A DNA stretch of 55,309 nucleotides, filler included, from Basidioascus undulatus (lineage: Eukaryota): the NCBI GenBank assembly GCA_000826855.1. It is 5 parts of 5 records of this genome, joined end to end, with 100 filler letters (N's around TTAATTAATTAA, not from the genome) between each part and the next. Parts side by side here need not be neighbours in the genome. Positions count along the whole stretch, not along the records: positions 33,261 to 44,240 come from JTLS01001060.1; positions 44,341 to 55,309 come from JTLS01001061.1; 3 more parts are not named here. One strand, 5' to 3'. The position numbers and the translations under genes were made by a program. This document shows, piece after piece, positions 39,163 to 51,700 of the stretch. The notes under the pieces were generated by a model. That model had not been told where the DNA came from, ran no database searches, and saw only the letters and a list, made by a program, of their open reading frames with translations. How positions within the stretch are numbered: position 1 is the stretch's first letter; each line of letters begins with the position of its first letter.

Positions 39163-41026
39163 ATGCGCACCAACCTCGCTACCTTCTCGGTGGTCTCCCT
39201 CTCGGCATCCGCCATCGCAGCGCCTCTCCTCAGCGTCGCCGGGGCAGCCGTCGCTGGAAGCGCCCTCACCGCCCGTCAGGCCAAGCAGAAGCCCCAGCCC
39301 ATTAACATAAAAAATGCAGTGGACGTACGTGAAAAATTAGAGCCTCTAGCCAAATACACGCTCGGCCCAGCTGATCCCGGCTCCTTACCCCTCCCCAAAG
39401 ACGAATTTGAACTTCATGCTCTCCGAGTTCGAGCACGAGAACTTTGGGCACTTCGGGCATGGCAAGAAGAACAAGCGCCAGATCAAGCAGAAGCCCCAGC
39501 CCGTCAACATCAAGAACGATATTGATGTTCGTGGCCCTCACCTCTGGAAATTACTCCATTCTGGCAACTGGCAATCGCGACTGACACTCTTCACTCGTAT
39601 TCTCCGGTCCTATTTCAGACGAACCTCCAATTTAATCTCTCTGAGTTCGAGCACGAGAGACTCGGGCACCGCGGCCACAAGCGCGGCAAGCGTGCGGTCA
39701 CGAAGGCGCCGAAGAAGACGCCGACGGCGGTCAAGGGTGGCTCGGACTCGGAGTCCGACTTCAAGCCGATCAATATTCTCAATCGCGTGCAGGAGGACGC
39801 TTTCATCACCCTCTCCGAATTCGAGAACGACCACCTCGAGGACAAGAAGAAGGTCAAGAAGTACCGCCGCTCGCTGGACGCTCGCCAGGCCAAGCAGAAG
39901 CCGCAAGAGATCAACATCAAGAATGCCGTCGACGTACGCGTCTACTTTCATCTACTATTCTGTAGATGTAGGCTAGCTGACTCCCGCCCCTGATCCCGCC
40001 GGCAGACCAACGTCGACTTCGTCCTCTCCGAGTTCGAGCACGAAAACTTCTCTCATTTCGGCCATGGCAAGAAGACCAAGCGTGATTCTGCCACAGACAA
40101 GCCTGTGGTGATACATAATCTCGTTGATGCCGACATGGACTTCACCCTTTCTGACTTCAACAACTACCAACACGGCTTCAAATCCGCCAAACCCAAGAAG
40201 CCCAAGCGCGACCTCAAGAAGCCGCAGCCACTGAACATCAAGAACAGCGTCGACGTGAGCCGCCCATTTTCACATTCCCATCTCTTCTGAACACTGGCTG
40301 ACAACTGCTGTGCATCTTGAAGACAAACCTCCAATTCACCATGTCCGAGTTCGAGCACGAAAGTATCAAGCACGGCAAGAGCAAGCGCTCCCTCGCTGCC
40401 CGCCAGTCCAAGGAGAAGAAGAACACGCCAATTAATTTGAAAAACCAAGTGGATGTAGGTGGCCGTGACGTTCATCTCATATTCTCCCAGAGCAGCTGCT
40501 CAGTAACAGCCGAATGCACAGGTGGACGCCTTCATCACTCTCTCCGAATTCGAGCACGACTCTATCAAGCACGGCCGAAAGGTTAAGAAGTCGAAGCGTG
40601 ACTACTCGTCTGACGACGAGTCGGAGGAGGAAGTCGAGGTTATTGAGATTGAGCAGGGGCACGAGTGCCACCACGAGTAAGCTTCTTGCACCTGATTTAC
40701 TTAGACTAACTCATCAAAGCTAATTCTTTACCCCAAATAGGTGCCAGAAAAAGCCTGAGTACCAGCCTAAGTGTGAGGAGGAGAAGTGCCACCACGAGTA
40801 CAAGCCAGTGCACGAGTACAACCCTGTCCACGAGTACAAGCCCAAGTACGAGGAGAAGAAGGAAGAGAAGAAGGTGTACGAGGTGAAGGAGGAGGAGTAG
40901 GTCCAGCTCTCTTTCTCAACGCTTAGCCATCCGCTGATCACACCACCATGCAGCTGCAAGGAGGAGAAGCCCAAGATCCACGTCGAGGAGTACAAGCCTT
41001 GCGAGCACGAGTGCAAGGAGTACTAG
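39163..41026 (+). CDS. Secreted Kex2-processed repeat protein B (~455 aa): signal peptide, seven KR/RR-delimited modules, short EYKP/Cys/His tail
   Basis: Exons 39163-39324, 39401-39526, 39619-39933, 40006-40254, 40323-40454, 40522-40676, 40741-40896, 40954-41026 splice in frame to TAG; module consensus P(I/V/L)NIKNxVD-TNLxFxLSEFEHE...K(K/S/T/N)KR. Confidence 0.88.
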
Positions 41027-41842
41027 ATTTTGTACGTCTTCCTCAGTCTTTCGCCATTTGAATGACTATGGCTGAAGCGTCCAGCAGCAGGTCGACTGTT
41101 TTGTTTCTGTGATTTTGCATCCTTTTTCACTCTTGGACTCTTTTCCGTTGTTTAGGAAATCTGCGCTGCCGTCTTTGTATCAGTCTTCGCTTTACCATCT
41201 GCTGTTGGTCCCAGTCTCATCGCATCTAATGTGGCTCTATGAACCCCATGGCTTTCCAATTGCCTGCTCTGTCTTAAGAGGACATTATGGCAAGATGATA
41301 CCGGCATATCCATTGAGCTTTGGAGTCTGTAATCTTTCGAAGGGTTTCAATTGGTCTTTTTCCCATCATGGCATCGGCTTCCCTGCCCCATCAGGCGGTT
41401 GTCGAGCGACAGGCACCGTCTACCATCGGTGAGCCGAGTCCGTGTCGCGACCTGCAGTATGTCTGTCAGAGTGGCATTATACTTACAAGCGACATCCTGT
41501 TGTCACGACTGCCGATCCACCGTGCAATTGAATAAGTGCTCGACTGAGATCAAGACAGCCCATCAGGGCCAAACAGAATACTACAAAAACCAAATGGAAC
41601 TGTGACAATGGTGCGGGGTACCGTCAAAAGTCAGACAGACCAGGGGGGCTCGAGTCCGTATCGTGTGGGCTGAGATCTTTGCATATCTTCGACCGCTGTG
41701 GTAGCAGAAAAAAAAAATCGGTCTCTCAAACGGACATTCCGCAAACGCCTAAGCACAAGGCGGATGTCGAAGACTGGAAGCTTTCAGGAAAAGCCAGCTG
41801 ACGGCGGTCATTTTACCCGACTTACGGACCCACGCAGACCGC

Positions 41843-42539
41843 GTGCATCTTGCCTTTCGACCACCATCATCCGCTCGCAACGACGAGGACCTGTACATCG
41901 AAGACCACATCTTGATTCCCGCTATACACGGCTTCCTTAATGCTCTTTTCGATCTCTTGTGGGACGGTGCTCCGAAGCTCAGGCACTTGGCGCAGCCCTC
42001 GTGGAAGACCACGGCGTGCCATATTGGTTCATCCCTTCATCGCCACTGCCTCCGCCCGCTGTCGAACAGCTCCTCGACATACGGAATCTATCTCGTCTGG
42101 ACTTGCCCGCGCCTGGCCTCGGTTGGTACGGAGACTATTACCAGCGTTACATGGGCGGCGTTAAGGAGTTCATTCACAAGGCACCGTCGTTGGAGAAGCT
42201 CATCTTAGTTTTCTCTCTGAAATATGGAAGCGCTGGCACAGGCGGTCTCGAGGGGCATAGCGGAGTACCACAAGCTCTTCGCGCAGCACATACCTGAGCC
42301 GCACAAAGTCAAGATCGTCACGGTCTGGGTTGAGCATGACTGGGATTGGCTCCAATATGGAGTTGCAGACGGTACGCTCTGGGAGCTGGGGGATGCTTGA
42401 GAAAGGCTCGCTTGTACGCGGTCGCTATGCCTTGTTCCTTCGCGTTGTGCCATTCACCTCGACCTGTTTCGAACTTGCTGTGCAACGAGTGACCCAGACC
42501 ACGGAAGCTGGTTTATCTCCTCAGTTCCGGTGGTGGTAA
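41843..42539 (+). pseudogene. Fragmented LRR-like (F-box family-type) relic
   Basis: LFDLLWDGAPKLRHL and FIHKAPSLEKLIL in different frames; no intact CDS found. Confidence 0.3.
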
Positions 42540-42865
42540 GTTGCCTCTCAATCTTCCTATGGCGGTGAAAGCACGTTCGCCGGAGTAGTCCATCAACGAA
42601 CCATGGCCAACTTGGCTGCTATGCCCTACGATAACTGCTTGCTGAATGATAAGGAAATTTTTCTTTTAACCATTCTTGGGCAGTCATCCTGGAGCCTGTC
42701 GAGTGCTGAGTGTTTCAAGTCGCACGACGCTGCAACAGGCGCTCGAACTTCCGCGGCCCGCACGCGGTTGACACGCGACGGAACGCGAGCTGTGGGAAGC
42801 AAGCAAGGGGGCTGTCTCTGTACCGTCTCCTGGCCGCTCCTACTCCCAGAATTTATGCGCTGGCA

Positions 42866-44240
42866 ATGCGGGCGGACGACGTTATCGACCGCCTGCTGTC
42901 GTCGACGTCCGTGCCGTCGCGGGCCACCGCGGGCGTCGTGCTCGCTGTGCTGCTCCTTGTCCTCCGCTGGAGGGCCATCATCGTCCTGGCGCTCGCTGCG
43001 TGCGTATGCATGCTGCTGACCTGTACACTCTAAGGCTACCCGACTGACTGAAGGAACGTTATTGCAGATTCCTCGCTACTTCCACTACATTCGCCGACCT
43101 CGTAAAGACCTTCTTGGACGACGTGCGTGTTGATCCACCGTCCACCTTGCCCCGCCAGCGCTGCAACTGACGCTATTCTGGACAGTCGCCATCTTCCGCT
43201 GAGAAGCCACCCCTATCTTCCTCTCAACTCACCTCCGAACCGGTCGTCAACAAATCCCAACCCAGCCCCTCGCACCCCTACGCCGACCCACCTCCTTCGG
43301 CGCTCGACAAGCTCGCAGTCCCGGAGCAGCTCCAGGAACCGCTAGACACGCTTCTCTCCCTAGTCATCCGCGACTTTGTCGAGTGGTGGTACGTACATGT
43401 GCTCATCTTATCAGGCCGAGAGAAGAAAGCTGAGCGTGACGGACTGCCGGGCATGCAGGTACATCCCCATCTCGCTCGTCCCGCATGACCCTGCCTTCCC
43501 ACGCGAGGCGAGGCGCAGCCTCAACTACTTTGCGAGCAACATCTGCAAGCGGATAGACGAGAGCAAGAACGGCGTAGATGTCGTGCGTTCATCTGCTTGC
43601 TCTCGAATCAGAAGTAGCCGGACGCTCAAGGCTCACTCCGCAGGCGGTCTTCCTCTTCTGCTCGACCTCCCAAACCCTCCTACGTGCCTTGCGTTCCCAC
43701 CGCTCTCCCTCCTCCCCCACCCTTGCGTCCCATCTCCCTGAACCCACCTTTCCCACTTCATCGCCGTTCCACCCTCTCCTTCGCTCGACCGCGGCGCACC
43801 TGCTCGCGCTGTCCTCGGCCCCGCGCGACGCAGACAACACGATGCTGCAGGCGCTCCTGACGGAGCTGCTGGCCGTGCAGGTCGAGAGCACCGTCAAGGT
43901 GTTTACGCCCGACTGGGTGAATCGCACCGTTGTGGGCTGGTTCGAGGGCGAAAAAGGGAAGGAGGAGAGGGTCCGGGAAGAGGCGGTCAAGATGAGGGAG
44001 AAGGTCGAGGAGGTTGTGGGGAAGCAGAAGATGGAGGAGGCGGAGAGGGAGGCAAAGAAGGTCGCTGCGGAGGAACTGCCGGAGGAGAAGAAGGCGGTGA
44101 TCCCCGAGGCGCCTCTTCGCGAGAGCCCAGCGCCGCCCACGCCGCCTTCCAAACCCGACCCCCCGACTTCTGCCACCTCCACGCGCACTTCCACCTCCTG
44201 CGCACCTTCCTCCCCCACATGGTCGCGCGCAACGCCGGGC
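42866..44240 (+). CDS. Membrane-anchored PXA-domain protein (Mdm1/Nvj3/SNX13-14-like); 3'-truncated
   Basis: N-terminal TM segment, then PEQLQEPLDTLLSLVIRDFVEWW|YIPIS...DPAFPREAR, ...FHPLL..., LQALLTELLAVQV...VFTPDWVNRTVV, typical of PXA. Confidence 0.75.
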
Positions 44241-44340
44241 NNNNNNNNNNNNNNNNNNNNNNNNNNNNNNNNNNNNNNNNNNNNTTAATTAATTAANNNN
44301 NNNNNNNNNNNNNNNNNNNNNNNNNNNNNNNNNNNNNNNN
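44241..44340. other. Artificial contig linker
   Basis: TTAATTAATTAA at 44285-44296 within Ns. Confidence 0.97.
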
Positions 44341-45278
44341 AGGAGGTGCCTGAGGCCGGGACGGGTCGGGGCGGGGGTGCTGGTGCGGCGTGGGGATAAG
44401 GGTGCTGTGCGGGATGCGTAGAAGAAGGCGAGGAGAAGGGGGGAGTCGCGGTGGGGTGGGGAGGCTGCGGGGTTGGGCGCTGTCAGCAGGAGCACTGAGC
44501 TCTGTGGGGAGGATGAAGGATAGACCCACCTCCCCAGCATAGCTCACGGGTCTGGGCGGAGGAGATGCGCCGACGATTGATGTCGGCCGGGAAGAAGGGG
44601 CGGCGTGAGGTCGTGGGGGCGGACGGGGCGGGGCGGGCTGGGTCGCAGCGTGTTGCGGCCAAGACGGACGCTGTGGTTCTCGGGGCTTGGCATACAGCGG
44701 GGGCTGCTTCGAGAAGAGGTCTTGGAGAATCTGGGTGAGGGTGAGGAGGTTGAAGGCCTGGGATCCAGCGCACCACCTTATCAGCGGGTGGACCCACGCC
44801 GAGCCGAGCACAAGGGCCAGCGACGCACCTCCGGTTTCCGACTCCAGTCCTTGACATAGTCCACCTCGACCTGGCCGCTCACGTCCACGCCGGGCCCCGC
44901 GCGCACGAGCATGTCGCTCGTGGGCGTGACGTACGCGAGGGGCGGGGCGCGCGGGTACTCGTGCGGGAGCCAGAAGGAGACGGGGATATTGTACTGCGCG
45001 CCGCGGAAGGTGATGGGGAGCGTGCCGTGCAGGTTGAGCAGAAGCTGCGTGCGGCCATCGTTATGGGCTGATAGAAGAGGAATCGGATCAGATCTGATGC
45101 TGGGGTTGGGATGGGGCAGAGGGATGGGGCACGGTCACGGACCGTAGGTCTCCGTGCGCGGGGAGAGGGTCGGCAGCGCGGTGAGGACCGCTGCGACGTC
45201 TGCGTGTGTGCGCTGTGGAGATGCATAGGGCACGAGTACGCTGTTGAGCCAGCGCGATACCACTGACGACAGCGCCAT
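44341..45278 (-). CDS. VPS23: ESCRT-I subunit Vps23/Stp22/TSG101 (UEV domain plus Pro-rich region); 3'-truncated
   Basis: LSPRTETY|..NDGRTQLLLNLHGTLPITFRGAQYNIPVSFWLPHEYPRAPPLAYVTPTSDMLVRAGPGVDVSGQV...QDLFSKQPPLYAKP. Confidence 0.93.
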
Positions 45279-45700
45279 CGCGAGCTGGGTTGGCGGGCAA
45301 GGTTGGGAGGAGGAGAGGTTGAGGCCAAGGAACACGAGAGCGAATCCGGCCCGGCGTCATCGCGCTCGCTGGGCAGTCACAGTGTGCCTCAGCGCAAGTG
45401 GGAACCGGCCATAGCTCTCTGTATGTGTACCTTTGTTGGGATTAACGTTTCTGGTTGTTTCACATAAACAACCCCCACAAGAGCAGGAAAAGCCTGAGGG
45501 GGTGGGGCAGCAGGACGTTTTCTTTACCGCTCCAACTCGCACAGACACGTGCAACCGCACACCCAAGGGGGAGCGCGTGCCTTCCCACTTCCCCTTTCCA
45601 CCCTTTTCCTTTGCCTCATCTTTCTCCCTACCCTCCTCTCCTTCCACTTCCCGAATAATCACAGAAGCAACCAAGCCATAATCCACTCATCGCGTCCATC
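45279..45700. promoter_or_regulatory. Putative bidirectional promoter between VPS23 and STT4
   Basis: Head-to-head start codons 422 bp apart, with CT-rich tracts facing each gene. Confidence 0.5.
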
Positions 45701-48700
45701 ATGGACAGGTCCGATTCGCCTTGCCCATGTGCACGCTCAACCCCCCGCTCACCCCCCTGTCGCACCCGCAGCCTCGATCTCAACATCCGCCAGCTCATCC
45801 TCAGCGACCTAGCGCGCAACATCGCCGAGTCGCCCGAGGACGATCTCAGCCCCTCGGACCGCGACGCGCTCCTCTCGCGCACTTCGAACCTCGGCCAGCA
45901 GAAGGCCGGCGCCAACCTCAACGGCGCTGTCCCCGAGCCGCTCACGATCGTCCGTTGCTCTCTTCTCAAGGCGTAGTCCGAGAAGGAAGGAGAACTGATG
46001 GGAGCACGAGACAGTCGACCTCCCGCGCGCAGTGCGACATTGCGTTCGCGGAATACGCGGCTGCGGCGGCGACGCGTGATGCGGAGTCGACGTCGAGGCA
46101 GCTCCTCGGGCTGCTGCGTGAACTGCCGGACGTGGAGATTGAGACGGACCTGCGCTGGACCAGCAAGTCACGCTCTCAACCTATCGGCTCTTCATACGTC
46201 GTACTGACGCGTGATGGGCACTCCACAGCCTGGGCGCTCCCCGACCAGGTCGCTTTCGCCGCCGTCACCGCGCTCCTTCAGATCGCCGCTGCCAACCCGG
46301 AGGCCCGCCGAGGTATAATCGATGGGCTGGTGGAGTTCACCGCTGCGCTCGCCAAGCACCTCGAGGGCGAGAGCGGTGCGTCTATCCCCATGTCCGCTTC
46401 CTGACCCTTCATCTCACTTCCCTCCCTTCAGGCCCGCACGTCGTGACGCACATCGTGCCCGCCTTCCACGGGCTCTACCGCGCCATAACCGAGACACCCT
46501 TCCCGTGGACCGTCTCCGAGTGGTCGGCCTACATGCAGCGGACCAAGACGCTGTTCGCCTTCCCGCTCGTCGCGCGCCTCAACGACGTCCTCCTCCTCGG
46601 CGCCTCATCCTCCGCACCGGACGAAGACGCGTCCTCGTACGCGCACGCACTCCTCGCGCGGTACCGCGCGAACGGCCGCCCGCTCTCGGGCAACTTCGTC
46701 ATCTGCGGCGTGATCGAGACGCAGTGGGTCGTCCTCGCGCAGGCGATCGCAGACGCGCCCGAGGCGCTCCAGCCACGCGCGCCGCTCCCTCCCCCCAGCC
46801 CGGCAGCAGGGGAGGTCAGCGAGGCGGCCGACGCGGCGTGGGATGCGCTTACGACGCGCGAGGCCAAGCCACTCGAGCACGCTGAGGGCGCAGTTAGGGA
46901 CGATCTCGCCGCGGCGCTCAAGTCCGCGGTGCAGTGCTATGACGACCTGCTTGGTCTGCTCGACAAGCTAAACGGCGAGCCGCCGTCAGACATCTACTCG
47001 TTCGAGATCATGTCTGAGAGCTTGGTGCGTCGCTTTAGCGAGCGGGTGCGAGGAGGATATGGGCGCAAGCTGATGAAGGCAGAATAGAAACTGGCAACGC
47101 TGTGCACGACCGCACTGCGCTCGCTCGACTCGGGACTGCTCTCCCGCCTCAAGCTTCTCCTCAGTGAGAGCACGCCTGTCACCGAGGCCTTAGTCCAAGA
47201 GACGGCGCTGCAGGTCATGTCCATCCTCGCGATCAAGTGCGTTCTTCCCATTGCACCGTTTCAATCTCCTGCACTCAAATTCCGGACGGCAGACGCTGAC
47301 TTTGAGGGTATGTCCTGCGCAGCTTCCCGTTGATCGCTATGCCCATGACTGCCCACCTCCGCCGCTTCGTCACTGCCCCACTCGACATCTTCGAAGCCGA
47401 AGTGACCGACGCGTCCGGCACGCCGGTGCTCAGCGCCGCAGCGCATTGTCTGGCAACGTGCATCAAGGTAAGCTTCTCACTCTCCTCCTACCTGTGTCCC
47501 ATCTCATCCAATCCTGGCCCTCTTTTGCCCCCCGCAGATCGCCCCCGGCGAGGACCTCATCATGTCGACGATGTACTCCCTGCTCAACTACCTCTCCGCC
47601 CCCTCGCGCGATGCCTCGGGCGCGGCGAGCATCCGGACCGTCCCCGCCGGGCTCAACTACGACCAGCAGACGGTCGGGATGCATACGCGCTCGCTCGACC
47701 AGAAGAAGCGCATCAGCATGAGCACCATCGCGGTTGTCACGAAGCTCGCACTGGACTTCAACCGCCCGGAGGTCCGTCTTTCCTGCTGTCACTTCCAAGC
47801 TCAATGGGCAGCGCGACTGACGGCTCGCTGGGTGTCGTCTGGTGGGCCAGATCACAAACCTCACGATCTCGATGCTCCTCCAGCGGCTGCAGGGCGCGGA
47901 CCCTATCGCCGAAGCCGCGATCCTCTCCAACCTCGTCGACCTCGCGCTCATCGCCGACGTCCCCGCGTTCATGGACGTCGTCAAGGCGTTCTCGGAGATC
48001 AGCATGAGCGCGAACCCGGAGGACCCGACCGTCTCGAGCAACGCTGTGCGTCAAGATCCTTTGTAGTTTCCGCACGGCAAGGTAGCTTATTTCGATGCGT
48101 GACAACGGCCTACAGGTCATCACCGCCCAGACGCGTCTCGCTCGGAACCTCGGCTCGCGCACCGACTGCTGCGACGTCTACCTGCACGAGCTGCTCACAC
48201 TCTTCGCGGAGAAGGGCATGCAAGTCCAGATCGTCTCCGCGCAGTGCAAGGACCAGGACCGGGTGCGTACTTCGACCTTTTCGGGCCTCCGCATCGAGCA
48301 CCCTTCTGACCTTCTGGCTTAACTCCCCTCCCGACAGGCCTCGGACCTGACCGGCAACGTCGCCGCTCTCCTGCTTGCGATCGACGCGCTGCTCGCGCAC
48401 CCAAACTTCAACCCGCACGCCGCGCCCTCGCCCGACCTCGTCTCGCTCTTCCGCAACATGTGGTTCCTCTGCGTCCTCTTCGGGTTCACGCCCCAGAGCC
48501 CGACGAGCGAGACGCCCGAGTGGCAGCGCGCGAGCCTCGCGCGCATCACGCTCAAGACGCCCGCGCTCGTGCTCGAGGGCGCGCAGAACACGCTCGACAG
48601 CGACCTCGAGTACAATTCGATATTGAGACGCGACTTCTCCGCTGGCGTGCGTTGCTCCCCCCAGACTGTGTTTCCACCCTGGGCGCCTGACTAACCTCAG

Positions 48701-51700
48701 GTGAGGGCCTTAAACAGGCTCTCGCGCACCAACGCAGCGTCCTCACATCGTTCATCCCCAAGCACGCGCACGAGATCCGCTCGTTCACGCTAGCCCAGGT
48801 CACGTTTCTCCTTACGATCTACCACGTCGAGCGCATGCGCAGCGAGCTCGGCAAGCCGTCCATGATTCTCTGGTACTTTGTCAACGAGGCGATCAACAGC
48901 AGCCCGCTCATCTCGTGCATGGAGACCATCGCAGACCAGGTTCGTCCCGCTTCACGCTTCACCATTCCATTCCAATATTTGGGTCGCAGGAACTGACAGC
49001 GAATGGTGCAACGTGCACGTGCTAGGTCTCGGACGTCTACATCGCGACGCTGTCCAAGCAGGCGGTCGAGCAGAGCGTCGACCCGAACGTGGCGGAGGAG
49101 GTCAAGCGCCTACTCGTCGGGAGCTGCCACCGCCTCGCCAAGGTCCGGGACGTCTCGTTCAAATACGCAAACCGGCTCGTCACGACCTTTCCCGCGTTCA
49201 TGTGCGAGCCCACGCTTGTCGTCGCCCTACTCGAGGCGATCACGCTGCTCCGCCGGGCGTGTGACGGCGAGGTCCTGGATGAGGTGAGTCTTTGTTCTGC
49301 TTGACTTTTGTTGTCTTGCAACAATTATGGATGAGTGACTGCGGACGCCCATGCAGTACTCGCCCGTTTTCGAATTCCACTCCGAGAAGGCGCAGATCAC
49401 GCTCGAGCTCACGGACTCGTACGCCGTCCGCAACGAGATCCTCACTCGCCTGCACCAAGCCGCGCGCGAGTGGCTGGGGCTGGGCCTCACGCATGCGCCA
49501 GTCGAGGTGCAAGGCATCCTGGAGGTGCGTCACGACTGCGATGTTCCGCCTACGCATGACGCTGTTTGACAGTGTTCCCCTCTCCTTCGCAGACATACCT
49601 CGACAGCTCGGACGAAGCGTTCCTACCCGGCTCGGTCGAGATGGGCGCGAGCATCGCTCTCGACTTTGCTTCCAGCCTGCCCCGCTTGGATCGCAAGAGC
49701 GGTACGTTGTTTAGTTGGAGCGTCTGGACGCTCGCATCAAACGCTCACACCCGGCTCTGCAGCGTCCCTCCCGCCTGCGGGCGGCTGGAAGGCCGACGCC
49801 TCCGCCATTTTCGCCAACCGCTTCTCGTTGCGCAGCCGCGCCAACGGCGAGATTATCGGTGTGCGGCTGGCGCTCAACCGCGGCAAGGATACACCAGTCT
49901 CACTGCATTCGAGTGTGCTCACTGATAATGGACACCCACAGGACTGCACGAGATGCACAAGGTCCCGGACAACGACATCCCGCGGGAGGACGTGTCGAAG
50001 ATCAAGGAGCAGATGGCGGACGTCCTACGCCAGATTCGCGGCAAGACCGGCCACCTCACCATGTCCGACCTGCAGCGTCTCCTCTGGCGTTGCGCTGGCG
50101 TGCTCGTAGCTTCGAACTCCGTGCGTTGGGATGTGGCGCCCATGAGCTGGGCGGGATTGATGCTGACATCAAAGCGGACAGCCCGACCACGACCTCCTTC
50201 ACCACCTCGTCTCGGTGCCGTTCCGCGTCTTCACCCCGCTCGCCATGTCGTGCGGCCGCGATGCGTGGACGTGGCTCATCGGCGAGCGGCCGGACCTGGA
50301 GGCCAAGCTCATGGTCGAGATCACGTCCGAGTGGCTCACGAGCATCCGCTGTCGGCGTGGCATGTTCTCGGGCAACGTCGCGTGCGTCTGCAGCTTTCAA
50401 TTCCTACTCCGAAGCGACGCTGTAAACAAACCCTTCCTCCGCGCCGCAGGTACAAGAACCCCTTCAACGACAGCATCGAGTACTCGCCGACCAACAAGGA
50501 CATCATGGACCAGAACCTCTCGACGGCCAAGCGCGTCCTCGGCCCGCATAAGCTTCTTATCCAGATGCTCTCGAGCCGCTTCCAGGCTATCCGCTACAGC
50601 GAGGACGCGATGGTCATCTCCCTCACGCGTCTCCTGTTCAACTCTGCACGCGCGCACAAGCTCATGAGGCAAGCTAGAAAGCGGCTCACTCTCGAAACCG
50701 CCATCACTGACGCCTGCGCACTTCACGCAGCACGCATCCGCTCGCGCGCGAGGTCCGCTTCTCGCTGCTGCTGCTCGGCTTCCAGGTCCTGCAGAACACG
50801 CGCACGGAGGGCACGATGGAGCTCCGCCTTCGGCAGGCGCTGTACGACGCGGCGTTCTCATGGTTCTCTGTCCGACCTCAGTGCGTAGTCGCATGAGGGC
50901 TCAGCCATTCCTGCTCGCTTTCCTTACCGAATTTTGTGCAGATGGTCGTACGGCAGCGACCGCACGCAAGTCGAGGCCGACATCCGCCTCCTGCAGGACT
51001 TCCTTGGCGCCCTTCGCGGCGACACGCTGCGTACGAGCCGCTTCGTCACGAGCTTCCCGGACTTGCGGCCGCGCTACGCTTTGCCAGGTCCGTCCCACTT
51101 TACCGGTGTTTGTATCCCGCCAGAGCTCACGATTCGCGCTCAGGTGCGACGTTCGAGGACGTCGTCGCCCAATACAAGGAGCGCCGCAAACTCCTCGACC
51201 TCCTCGTCGAGAACGAGATCCACCACCTCAGCGTCTGGACCAACCCGCTCAGTGATCCCCGCCGCGGCGCCGACGCCGTCAGCCTCATGGAGAAGGGCAC
51301 CACCGACGTTAGTCGACTACCTTGATCCTGTAGTCTCGCCCCCGCTAAGCCTGTTTCTCATCTAGGACTCGTGGATCCGCCACGTTCGCACTGCCTGGTT
51401 GGTGCAGCCTGCCGTCGCAGTGCACATGGCCGAGCGTTTCAAGGTCGCGAGTGTGCGATCCGAGGTCACCAAACTCGTCCGCCAACGCCCGAATGATGCG
51501 ATCGACATCCCCGAAGCCCTCGAGTTCCTCATCGGCGAGCAGCTTGATCCTAGCGTCAAGAAGAGTTTGAAGGTACGCCTTGCGATATCCGGCTTTAGTT
51601 TCTTTTCTCTGATTTCCGTTTATGGCAGTCCTTGCTCTTCTGGGCGCCCGTACCGCCAGTTTCGGCGATCAACTACTTCCACCCGCGCTACCGCAACGAC

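Noticed and set aside
39163..41026. Dikaritin/ustiloxin-type RiPP cluster or pheromone precursor
   Set aside because: No DUF3328/UstY, tyrosinase or transporter gene on this contig; modules are about 35-60 aa and non-identical; no CAAX motif
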